This document shows positions 54,746 through 62,621 of a stretch of 64,000 nucleotides of DNA, piece by piece. Location: positions 35,943 to 99,942 of the forward strand of contig MPND01000006.1 in NCBI GenBank assembly GCA_002238855.1, in the 5' to 3' direction. Position 1 is the first letter of the stretch. Every line of letters begins with the position of its first letter. This DNA is from SAR202 cluster bacterium bin90 (GTDB taxonomy: Bacteria > Chloroflexota > Dehalococcoidia > Lucifugimonadales > JADFKI01). A program made the translations under genes and the position numbers. Below the pieces are notes generated by a model. The model saw only the letters and a program-made list of their open reading frames with translations. It did not search any database and was not told the DNA's origin.

Positions 54746-54870
54746 TAAAATTCCTGCTATAGGACCGGCCCATTTGTTATTAAGGATGCTAGATTCCTCA
54801 TTTCTTGCTGAATGACAAGGAAAATCCGGACGACATAGAGTACAGAAATGTCACACCTTGAATCCTGAAT

Positions 54871-54951
54871 ACCCTACCCCTATGAACCTTCAATGGGGAA
54901 AGGCTAGAGCCTGCCCCTTCGAAGGCAGGGGATGGAGGGTGAAATATCCCC
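54871..54951. repeat. Degenerate family A composite repeat
   Basis: CCTTCAATGGGGAAAGG-CTAGAGCCTGCCCCTTCGAAGGCAGGGGATGGAGGGTGAAATATCCCC. Confidence 0.55.
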
Positions 54952-54953
54952 AA

Positions 54954-55028
54954 ATCCAGCGCATGGCGAGAACGCTAGCGGCGCTCGATGACTTAGACCC
55001 ATCACCAATGAGGCAACTCAATGCCCCT
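54954..55028 (+). pseudogene. higB: Decayed HigB (plasmid-maintenance killer family) toxin remnant
   Basis: The frame reads PQIQRMARTLAALDDLDPSPMRQLNAP, resembling the central HigB segment (P-Q-D-I-Q..ARRKL..L..A..L.DL..PP.NRLE). The N-terminus is replaced by a REP repeat, and the C-terminal half is missing because higA starts at 55021. Confidence 0.35.
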
Positions 55029-55311
55029 GATCAACCCGCCTCACCCCGGCGAAATTGTCAAATATGAATGCCTTGAGCCACTGGGCTTGACGGTTACAAG
55101 AGCGGCCGAAGGCTTGGGCGTAACCCGTCAAGCGCTCTCCGAACTCGTCAACGAAAGGACTGGGGTATCGGTGGAGATGGCAATTCGCCTCTCTCGGGCG
55201 TTCGGTTCGACTCCGGAAACCTGGCTGCGAATGCAGATGGCTTATGACCTTTGGCAAGCTCGTGAAAGAGCGGCGCAAATCAAAGTCGAAAACTTCGTAT
55301 CAGCCGATTAA
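55021..55311 (+). CDS. higA: HigA-family antitoxin (XRE-type HTH)
   Basis: HPGEIVKYECLEPLGLTVTRAAEGLGVTRQALSELVNERTGVSVEMAIRLSRAFGSTPETWLRMQ matches the HigA pattern. Confidence 0.85.
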   Translation: MPLINPPHPGEIVKYECLEPLGLTVTRAAEGLGVTRQALSELVNERTGVSVEMAIRLSRAFGSTPETWLRMQMAYDLWQARERAAQIKVENFVSAD

Positions 55312-55324
55312 TGACACACCACAG

Positions 55325-56683
55325 CTAACGCCCACCCGCCACCAGCCGGTATATCCCCCCATCGAACGACAGGATAAACATCTCCCGGCTCTGGTCCTCC
55401 CCGAACGACGAGATCTCCAGCCTGCTATCCACAAGCTCCAGTTGCTCCGTCACCCGCCCGTCCTCATATCGCAGCCCCCATATCTTCCCGCTGCAAAAGT
55501 CCCCATAGATGTATGCGCCATACAGCGAAGGCAGCCTGTCCCCCCGATACACATACCCGCCCGTCACCGAACAACCCCCATCCCTGCCATACTCCGCAAC
55601 CGGCAACTCAAACCCCTGCGCATCGCACCCGCGACTCGGCTTGAAGCACGAACTGCCCTCCATGACATTCCAGCCATAGTTCAGCCCCCGCCTGACGATG
55701 TCCACCTCCTCGAACCTGTTTTGTCCCACATCCGCCATCCACAACTCCCCGCTCTCCCTGTCAAACGAAAACCGCCACGGATTCCGAATGCCATAAGCCC
55801 AGATCTCGCCCCTCGCGCCCTCCACCCCGACGAACGGGTTGTCCGCCGGTATCGCATACGACCCCGTTTCGTCCAGCGTACTCACATCTATACGAATGAT
55901 CGACCCGAGCAGCGTGGACAGGTCTTGCCCGTTCCCCTGCGGATCGCCCCTGCTCCCTCCATCCCCAAGTCCGACATACAGATACCCGTCAGGCCCAAAC
56001 GCAATCTGCCCGCCGTTGTGATTGGAATGCGGCTGCTCGACCTCCAAAATGACCCGCTCGCTGTCAGGATCAGCGACTCCGCCGCCCACCGTGAATCGCG
56101 ACAGCACCGACCTCCGCGGGTTCGCCGCCGAGTAATACACATAGAAGTAACCGTTCGCAGAGTATTCTGGATCAAACGCAAGCCCCAGCAGCCCCTCCTC
56201 ATTCCCCCTGTCGCTCACCCGCTCCTCGATGTCCAGAAAGACATCCGCCTCCTCCACACCCTGCTCGTTCGCAAAACTCACGATCACCCCGCGTTGCAGC
56301 ACGACGAACAGCCTGTCGCTCCCATCCTCCGCATAGGCCATCCCCACCATACGCTTGAACGACAGCTCCGGAAAAACCCGCTCGACCTCCATCTTCTCCA
56401 GCGCCTCCGGCCGGATTGACGGCGGAGACTCGTCCCGCAGCTTCGAGGGCACGGCAGTGGATAAGGCGACGGCGTCTCTTGCGGCAGCAGCCTCGCTCGA
56501 TTCGGAAGCCGTCGCAGGTGTCGGTGTCGTCACGGTGGGCGGTAACGCAGCCACAATGGTCGGCGAGGGCAAAACGACAGGAATCGCCGTAGATTGCCGT
56601 ACATACGCCGTACTGTTATCCACGCACCCGACCGTCACCACCAGCGATAGCAGACCCAGCACACCTATCATCAATCTCATCAC
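55325..56683 (-). CDS. PQQ-dependent sugar dehydrogenase (glucose/sorbosone dehydrogenase family), lipoprotein
   Basis: Lipobox VTVGC, HNGGQIAFGPDGYLYVGLGDGG, and GLRNPWRFSFD-like IRNPWRFSFD beta-propeller motifs. Confidence 0.85.
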   Translation of the reverse strand: MMRLMIGVLGLLSLVVTVGCVDNSTAYVRQSTAIPVVLPSPTIVAALPPTVTTPTPATASESSEAAAARDAVALSTAVPSKLRDESPPSIRPEALEKMEVERVFPELSFKRMVGMAYAEDGSDRLFVVLQRGVIVSFANEQGVEEADVFLDIEERVSDRGNEEGLLGLAFDPEYSANGYFYVYYSAANPRRSVLSRFTVGGGVADPDSERVILEVEQPHSNHNGGQIAFGPDGYLYVGLGDGGSRGDPQGNGQDLSTLLGSIIRIDVSTLDETGSYAIPADNPFVGVEGARGEIWAYGIRNPWRFSFDRESGELWMADVGQNRFEEVDIVRRGLNYGWNVMEGSSCFKPSRGCDAQGFELPVAEYGRDGGCSVTGGYVYRGDRLPSLYGAYIYGDFCSGKIWGLRYEDGRVTEQLELVDSRLEISSFGEDQSREMFILSFDGGIYRLVAGGR

Positions 56684-56823
56684 AACGAAATTATACCAAC
56701 TCGACGCCCACCCTTCCGTGCTGACGCCCTCTTACGACCCGTCATCGGCGCGGCGCGATGTTAAAATGGTCTATATGAGGATGTGCATCCCAAATATGCC
56801 GACACTCGACTAAAGGACTGACC

Positions 56824-57204
56824 TTGCAACAGACCATGCCCCGCACCACTATCGCCATCGCCGCCATCTTCGGCCTCATCTCCGTCATTGCGGGCGCAGC
56901 AGGCACGCACGCCCTCCGCGACACCCTTGAAGCAAGCTCCCTCAGCACCTTCGAGACAGCCGCCCGCTTCCAGATGTACCACGCACTAGCACTGCTAGCC
57001 GTCGGCATCCTCTCCATGCGCTGGCAGACCCGCATCCTAACCGCATCCGCCGCCCTCTTCACCCTCGGCATCCTGCTCTTCAGCGGCAGCCTCTACATGC
57101 TCGCCCTCACCGGCATCGGCATCTTCGGCGCAATCGCCCCCATCGGCGGCATCTCCCTAATGGCAGCCTGGGCATCCCTAGCCCTAGCCGCCCTCCGCCG
57201 CTGA
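56824..57204 (+). CDS. DUF423 family membrane protein
   Basis: 126 aa with 4 TM segments and the FETAARFQMYHALALL motif typical of DUF423/YgdD. Confidence 0.7.
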   Translation: MQQTMPRTTIAIAAIFGLISVIAGAAGTHALRDTLEASSLSTFETAARFQMYHALALLAVGILSMRWQTRILTASAALFTLGILLFSGSLYMLALTGIGIFGAIAPIGGISLMAAWASLALAALRR

Positions 57205-57280
57205 CATAGCACCAATTCTCCTTGTGTTATGCTTCCCTGTGTAGACGATGGAATGGGAAAGCAATTAAGAGGAAAGAGCA

Positions 57281-57487
57281 ATGCAACTCACGGTGACTCT
57301 TTACCAGGACGAGGACGAGGTCTGGGTCGTCGAATGTCCGGCTATACCCGGCTGTGTAAGCCAAGGTCAAACAAGGTCAGAGGCTCTCAACAATATTCGC
57401 GAGGCAATTACTCTATGCCTCGAAGTACGCGCCGAGCAAGGCTACCCACTGACCGTAGAGACCGAGCAGGTGGAAGTGGCGCTATAA
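57281..57487 (+). CDS. hicB: HicB-family antitoxin
   Basis: VTLYQDEDEVWVVECPAIPGCVSQGQTRSEALNNIREAITLCLE is the HicB N-terminal fold pattern. Confidence 0.8.
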   Translation: MQLTVTLYQDEDEVWVVECPAIPGCVSQGQTRSEALNNIREAITLCLEVRAEQGYPLTVETEQVEVAL

Positions 57488-57708
57488 TGCCTCCACTTCC
57501 CAACCTGAGTGGCAGGGAAGCCGTTAGGAACTTCCAGCGTTTTGGTTGGAATGTAGCTCGGCAAAGGGGCAGTCACATTATCCTGACAAAGCAGGGCGAA
57601 ATTGCAACCCTGTCTGTCCCGAACCACAGGCGTGTCTCTAAAGGGACCCTACGAACTCTGATTCGTTCAGCAAGACTCACAGTTGACGAGTTCTGCGACG
57701 CTCTTTGA
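57487..57708 (+). CDS. hicA: HicA-family toxin
   Basis: LSGREAVRNFQRFGWNVARQRGSHIILTK...VPNH...GTLRTLIRSA. The ATG overlaps the hicB stop by 1 nt. It is hidden inside the longer track ORF 57229..57708. Confidence 0.8.
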   Translation: MPPLPNLSGREAVRNFQRFGWNVARQRGSHIILTKQGEIATLSVPNHRRVSKGTLRTLIRSARLTVDEFCDAL

Positions 57709-57715
57709 GATGAAT

Positions 57716-57741
57716 CATCCCTAGTCCTCGCCGCCCTCCGC
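57716..57741 (+). pseudogene. Relic copy of the DUF423 gene 3' end
   Basis: CATCCCTAGTCCTCGCCGCCCTCCGC is identical to 57173..57198 (CATCCCTAGCCCTAGCCGCCCTCCGC) at 24 of 26 nt. Confidence 0.65.
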
Positions 57742-57834
57742 TCAAAATAATCCCGCGTCTATCCCCTCCATCCACATCCCTCCCCCGTCTGGTATCATAT
57801 CCCCCATCAAAATCACCAGACGGAGGACAGACAC

Positions 57835-58560
57835 ATGCCCAACAGCACAGACATGAAGCAACGAATACGCGACGGCGAAATTCTCATCGGTGTATCGGTG
57901 CCCATCAACGCTTCAAAGAGCCAGATGGAGGACATCATCGGCAAGGACGACTACGCCTTCATCCACACCGACAGCCAGCACGGCCCCTTCAACGAAGAGA
58001 CACTCGTACAGTTCTGCGGGTACGCCGCCGAACTCGACATCCCCGCGCAGTTCCGCATTAAGCACACCCGCCACGCATACCTCATCGGCAACATCCTCGA
58101 CCTCGGCCCCGCTGGCATCGAAGTGCCTCAGGTTGAAGACCTCTCCGTAGCGCAGGAAGCGGTGGACTACTTCTACTATCCCCAGTTCGGCAAGCGCAGC
58201 TGGGGTGGCGCAGCCCGCTGGAAGGTGCAGGGGCGCGAGGACAGGCTCGAGTACGCCGAGTGGTGGAACAGCCACGGCTGGCTCTGCCTCCAGATGGAGT
58301 CCATCAAGGCAACCAGCGACGCTCCCCAGCTCGCCATGGAAGGCGTCGATTGCCTCACCTGGGGTCCCAACGACCTTCTCGGCGACATCGAGAAGCACCC
58401 CAAGCATCCCTTCCAGACCGTTGACGACTGCGTGCAGCACGTGCTCAAGGAGCTGGAAGGCACCACAACCCGCGTATCCTTCCGCAGCTACGACCCCGCC
58501 CTTCGTACCAAATACATCGACATGGGCGTCACCATCCTCATGGAAAACGCCAAGCCATAG
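57835..58560 (+). CDS. HpcH/HpaI aldolase / citrate lyase beta family protein
   Basis: About 241 aa with a TIM-barrel aldolase pattern (FIHTDSQHGP, LQMESIKA, GPNDL). Confidence 0.7.
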   Translation: MPNSTDMKQRIRDGEILIGVSVPINASKSQMEDIIGKDDYAFIHTDSQHGPFNEETLVQFCGYAAELDIPAQFRIKHTRHAYLIGNILDLGPAGIEVPQVEDLSVAQEAVDYFYYPQFGKRSWGGAARWKVQGREDRLEYAEWWNSHGWLCLQMESIKATSDAPQLAMEGVDCLTWGPNDLLGDIEKHPKHPFQTVDDCVQHVLKELEGTTTRVSFRSYDPALRTKYIDMGVTILMENAKP

Positions 58561-58654
58561 TCCAGAACCAACTTCGATGGACAGGAAAGTCAGGTTTACT
58601 CCCTGCTATCCTGTCCATCCCTTCTATTCTTGCAAGAATCCCTGGAGGAACCCC

Positions 58655-59491
58655 ATGGCTGACCGTATCCGAGTAGGCAACGCCGAAATAGTCTTCGCAC
58701 TCGACATGATCCCACCTGCGCGCCCGCCCGACGCCTTCTTCGAGGGCGTCACCGCGGCAGACTGGGAGCCATACCAGGACATCCTCGAAGACGGCCAGAT
58801 CCAGCTCTACTACGGCCACTTCTTCGTCCGCTCCATGGGCAAGACAGTAATGGTTGACACCGGCATGGGCCCCGGCCCCCACGCCGACCGCGGCAACGTC
58901 AGGGGCGACCTCCTCAACGCAATCCGCGCTCAAGGTGCAAACCCCGAGGACATCGACATAGTCGCCCACACCCACCTGCACGGCGATCACGTCGGCTGGA
59001 ACGTCGACCACACCGGCGACGGGCCCAAGCCCTACTTCCCCAACGCCCGCTACCTCGTCCCGCGCCTCGACTGGGAGCACTTCACCCAGCCCGAGCACCT
59101 CGCATACTCGCCGCAGGTCCGCGACAGCGTCATCCCCCTCGAAGAGCTGGGACTGATGGACCTCGTCGACGGCGGTCACCACATCACCGACGAAATGACC
59201 ACCTTCGACACTCCCGGCCACACACCCGGCCACCAGATAATCCTAATCAGCTCGCAAGGCGAAAAGGCGATGATTGTTGGCGACGCCATCCACAGCAGCG
59301 TCCAGATACAGGAGCCAGACTGGTGCGCCGGCGTTGACACCAGCAAGCCCGACAGCCGCCGCAGCCGCCACGGCATCCTGCAGCGCGCCGAAGACGAAGG
59401 CTATGTCATCGCAGCCGGCCACTTCCACCCCGACCAGCACATCGGCAAGGTCATCCGCTCCAACGGCCGCCGCCTCTGGCAGGTCCTGTAA
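58655..59491 (+). CDS. MBL-fold metallo-hydrolase
   Basis: HTHLHGDHVGWN (HxHxDH) and TPGHTPGH motifs. Start at ATG 58655 with GGAGG at 58644..58648. The 428-aa track ORF extension overlaps the aldolase gene. Confidence 0.85.
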   Translation: MADRIRVGNAEIVFALDMIPPARPPDAFFEGVTAADWEPYQDILEDGQIQLYYGHFFVRSMGKTVMVDTGMGPGPHADRGNVRGDLLNAIRAQGANPEDIDIVAHTHLHGDHVGWNVDHTGDGPKPYFPNARYLVPRLDWEHFTQPEHLAYSPQVRDSVIPLEELGLMDLVDGGHHITDEMTTFDTPGHTPGHQIILISSQGEKAMIVGDAIHSSVQIQEPDWCAGVDTSKPDSRRSRHGILQRAEDEGYVIAAGHFHPDQHIGKVIRSNGRRLWQVL

Positions 59492-59515
59492 GCAAACGCA
59501 CTCGAAGGTGAAATC

Positions 59516-60442
59516 ATGTCAGTAATGGTAACCGGCGGCAACGGCTTCATCGGCAGGCGCATCGTCCGCGAGCTATCTGACCGCGGCGAGCAGGTCGTCT
59601 GCTTCGACCTCGCGCCGCCATCCGCGCAGCAGGACGGCGTATCCTACTACCGCGGCGACGTAACCCAGCTCCCGCACATCCTCGAAGCCTGCAACACCCA
59701 CGGAGTAACGCGCATCGTCCACATGGCAGCCCTCCTCCCACCCGACACCGAAGACCGCCCCCACTTCAGCATGCAGGTCAACATCGGCGGCACAAACAAC
59801 GTCTTTGAGGCAGCACGCTGGTGCGGCATCGAGCGCGTCGTATACGCCAGTTCCATAGCGGTCTACGGCGTACAGGAGACATTCGGCGACAGGCCCGTCA
59901 ACGAAGACGACCTACCCGCGCCACACAACCTCTACGGCATGACCAAGGCAGTCAACGACTTCTCCGCAGCCCGCTACCGTGAACTCTACGGCCTCGACCT
60001 GCGAGGCATCCGCATCTGCACCGTATTCGGGCATGGTCGCGTAACAGGCATGACCGGCATGATCGGCGGTCTCATGATCTCGCTCCCCGCCATAGGCAAG
60101 CCCATAGACCTGCCTTTCGATCCCACCGAGCTCTCACCAATGATTCACGCCGAGGACGCCGCCCAGATATTCGTCCGCGCCGCCCTCGCCGAAAACCTCA
60201 ACCACCCCGTCTACATCAGCGGCGGCCACCTCTGCGACATCGGCGATATGGCGGACATCGTGCGAGACATCATCCCTGACGCGCATATCACGACCGGCGA
60301 TCGCAAGGTCCCGCACATATACCTCGTTGACAACAGCCGCATGCTCGCCGACATAGGCTACGAGATAGCCCCGCTCGAATTGCGAATCCGAGACCACATC
60401 AACGACGCCCGCCAAGAGGCAGGGCTAGACCCCGTTTCATAG
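59516..60442 (+). CDS. NAD-dependent epimerase/dehydratase family protein
   Basis: The VTGGNGFIGRRIV Rossmann motif and the catalytic YGMTK (YxxxK). Confidence 0.85.
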   Translation: MSVMVTGGNGFIGRRIVRELSDRGEQVVCFDLAPPSAQQDGVSYYRGDVTQLPHILEACNTHGVTRIVHMAALLPPDTEDRPHFSMQVNIGGTNNVFEAARWCGIERVVYASSIAVYGVQETFGDRPVNEDDLPAPHNLYGMTKAVNDFSAARYRELYGLDLRGIRICTVFGHGRVTGMTGMIGGLMISLPAIGKPIDLPFDPTELSPMIHAEDAAQIFVRAALAENLNHPVYISGGHLCDIGDMADIVRDIIPDAHITTGDRKVPHIYLVDNSRMLADIGYEIAPLELRIRDHINDARQEAGLDPVS

Positions 60443-60444
60443 CC

Positions 60445-61620
60445 TTGACACGCATAGAATCCTCGCTCCCATCCCTCCTGATCTCCATCCCCGAAGGCGT
60501 CATCGACCTCGGCTGGGGCCACCCGTCCCCGCATCTGCACCCGACCGACATGCTGCGCCGCGCAACAGAAATCGCCCTTGCTGATGGTACCCCCGTCCCC
60601 CTTCAGTACGGAGCCACACAGGGCTACGGCCCCCTCCTGCACTCCCTCGCCGACTTCCTCACCGCCCAGGAGTCCTACACATCGCCCGTGTCACCCAGCG
60701 AACTCTTCCTAACCGCCGGCGCATCGCAGGCGATAGACCACACCACCACGCTCTTCACGCAGACCGGCGACACCGTGTTCGTCGAAGAGCCGACCTACTA
60801 CCTCATCCAGAGCATCTTCGAGGACCACGGCCTCAATGTCGTAGGCGTCCCCACCGACGCTAACGGCCTGCGTACGGACGCCCTCGAAGCGATGCTAAAC
60901 TCCCCCGACACACCGCGCCCCAGAATGCTATACATCATCCCCACCTACCAGAACCCTAGCGGCAGCGTCCTCCCCGCCGACCGCCGCCGCACCCTCGTCG
61001 AACTCGCACAGCATCACGACTTCCTAGTCCTAGCCGACGAGGTATACAACCTGCTCCATTACGGCACGCCACCTCCCCCACCAATCGCATCCTTCGACGA
61101 CTCCGAAGACGGCTGCGTAATCTCGCTCGGCTCATTCTCCAAGATTCTCGGCCCCGGCCTCCGCACCGGCTGGCTTCAGGCTCGCCCTCCGATAATTCAG
61201 CGCTTCGCCAACGCCGGCCTCACAATCAGCGGCGGCGGCCTCAACCACTTCACATCCACGCTAGTCCACGCCGTCCTCGAACACGGCATGCTGCAAGACA
61301 ACATCGCCCTACTTCGCCGCACCTACGCCCAGCGCGTCTCAGCAATGGCAACGGCCCTCCGCGACCACCTCGGCGACGCCGTCGAGTTCACCGCACCCGG
61401 CGGCGGATACTTCTTCTGGCTCACCTTCACCGACGGCACCAACACCGACGACCTGCTGCCAGTCGCGCAGGAACACGGCGTAAACTACCGCCCCGGCACC
61501 GCCTTCTCCGCATCCAACTCATTCACCAACGCCATCCGCCTCGCCTTCGCCCTCTACGAACCCGACACCCTCACCGAAGGCATCCACCGCATCGCAAAGT
61601 CGCATAGAGAATTGAGATAA
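60445..61620 (+). CDS. PLP-dependent aminotransferase (class I/II fold)
   Basis: YQNPSG and SFSKILGPGLRTGW (PLP lysine) motifs. TTG start. Confidence 0.85.
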   Translation: MTRIESSLPSLLISIPEGVIDLGWGHPSPHLHPTDMLRRATEIALADGTPVPLQYGATQGYGPLLHSLADFLTAQESYTSPVSPSELFLTAGASQAIDHTTTLFTQTGDTVFVEEPTYYLIQSIFEDHGLNVVGVPTDANGLRTDALEAMLNSPDTPRPRMLYIIPTYQNPSGSVLPADRRRTLVELAQHHDFLVLADEVYNLLHYGTPPPPPIASFDDSEDGCVISLGSFSKILGPGLRTGWLQARPPIIQRFANAGLTISGGGLNHFTSTLVHAVLEHGMLQDNIALLRRTYAQRVSAMATALRDHLGDAVEFTAPGGGYFFWLTFTDGTNTDDLLPVAQEHGVNYRPGTAFSASNSFTNAIRLAFALYEPDTLTEGIHRIAKSHRELR

Positions 61621-61682
61621 TATAAGCAAACGGCGAGCGTCCGGTAACAGTTCCGCACAATTCGCGTGTTACTATAGAATGT

Positions 61683-61889
61683 ATGAACGGCAGGGAGTTT
61701 GTCAGGAGAGCCCGACGTTACGCTCGCAGAAATAGATTGATCTTCGACTTTGATCCCACTCGCGGTAAGGGCAGCCATGGCAAGCTCACCATTGGCGGTC
61801 GCAGCACAATCGTACAGCACGGCGAGATTCCACGACGCACTTTCGCCGCAATGCTCAGACAACTCGAAATTCATCGTGAGGAGTTCTAG
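61683..61889 (+). CDS. hicA: HicA-family toxin
   Basis: GREFVRRARRYARRNRLIFDFDPTRGKGSHGKLTIGGRSTIVQHGEIPRRTFAAMLRQLEI. Confidence 0.75.
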   Translation: MNGREFVRRARRYARRNRLIFDFDPTRGKGSHGKLTIGGRSTIVQHGEIPRRTFAAMLRQLEIHREEF

Positions 61890-61892
61890 GCA

Positions 61893-62402
61893 ATGCGATA
61901 TGCATTCCCATGCGACATTGTTTTGGATCACGAAGAGGCAAAGGCTACGGGACGAGAAGCCTATGTGATAACTTTTCCCGATGTTCCCGAAGCGATCTCA
62001 GGCGCCTGGTCCTGGCAAGAGGCTTTGGAGATGGCAGAGGATTGCTTGGCGGTCGCCCTTAGCATTTATGTTGATAAGTGCGAAGACATCCCTACACCCA
62101 GCCCACTCGCCGATGGCCAAGTCCTCATCGCTGTTCCCATCATCGTAGCCGCAAAGCTCACCCTCTACACAGCCATGCGCGAACAGGACCTGAGCGCCCA
62201 AGACCTCAAAGCCAAGTTGGATATGTCCGATCACACTATCCAAACGCTCCTAACCCCTCATCGCTTCTCTCACATCAGCCAGATCGAGCGCGCACTCAAG
62301 GCCGTTGGCCGCTCCCTGATAGTCGAAGACATGGAAACAGGTCTGACGAAACCCTCTCATCATCCCATTATGAAAGAGCGAGATGCAGCACCGGCAGCAT
62401 AG
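61893..62402 (+). CDS. hicB: HicB-family antitoxin with C-terminal HTH
   Basis: YVITFPDVPEAISGAWSWQEALEMAEDCLAVAL (HicB fold), followed by an HTH-like segment TAMREQDLSAQDLKAKLDMSDHTIQTLL. Confidence 0.75.
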   Translation: MRYAFPCDIVLDHEEAKATGREAYVITFPDVPEAISGAWSWQEALEMAEDCLAVALSIYVDKCEDIPTPSPLADGQVLIAVPIIVAAKLTLYTAMREQDLSAQDLKAKLDMSDHTIQTLLTPHRFSHISQIERALKAVGRSLIVEDMETGLTKPSHHPIMKERDAAPAA

Positions 62403-62416
62403 CCGATTCTGAGAGT

Positions 62417-62521
62417 CCCGGCACCGTCTTCACCGCATACAGCACATTTTTCTAACACCATCTGCCCCACTTCGCCCTCTACGAACCCGAAATACTCGCC
62501 GAAGGTATCCGCCGCCGCGCA
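62417..62521 (+). pseudogene. Relic copy of the aminotransferase 3' end
   Basis: Aligns with 61492..61596 over about 105 nt (roughly three quarters identical by hand), including the perfect 20-mer TTCGCCCTCTACGAACCCGA (61546..61565 = 62471..62490). It translates PGTVFTAYSTFF*HHLPHFALYEPEILAEGIRR, compared with PGTAFSASNSFTNAIRLAFALYEPDTLTEGIHR. Confidence 0.75.
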
Positions 62522-62621
62522 CTTTTATGTAGGTCAGCGCGGCGCCTGGGCATGAAATCCTCTGCTTCCCACCCTCAACCATGCTAAAATTACTCAGCAC
62601 ATTTTCATTCGGGGTACACCT

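Noticed and set aside
58205-58654. The N-terminal extension of the MBL hydrolase ORF (428-aa track ORF).
   Set aside because: The extension overlaps the aldolase gene in another frame and is Pro/Ser/Thr-rich. ATG 58655, with GGAGG upstream, yields a standard ~278-aa MBL-fold protein.
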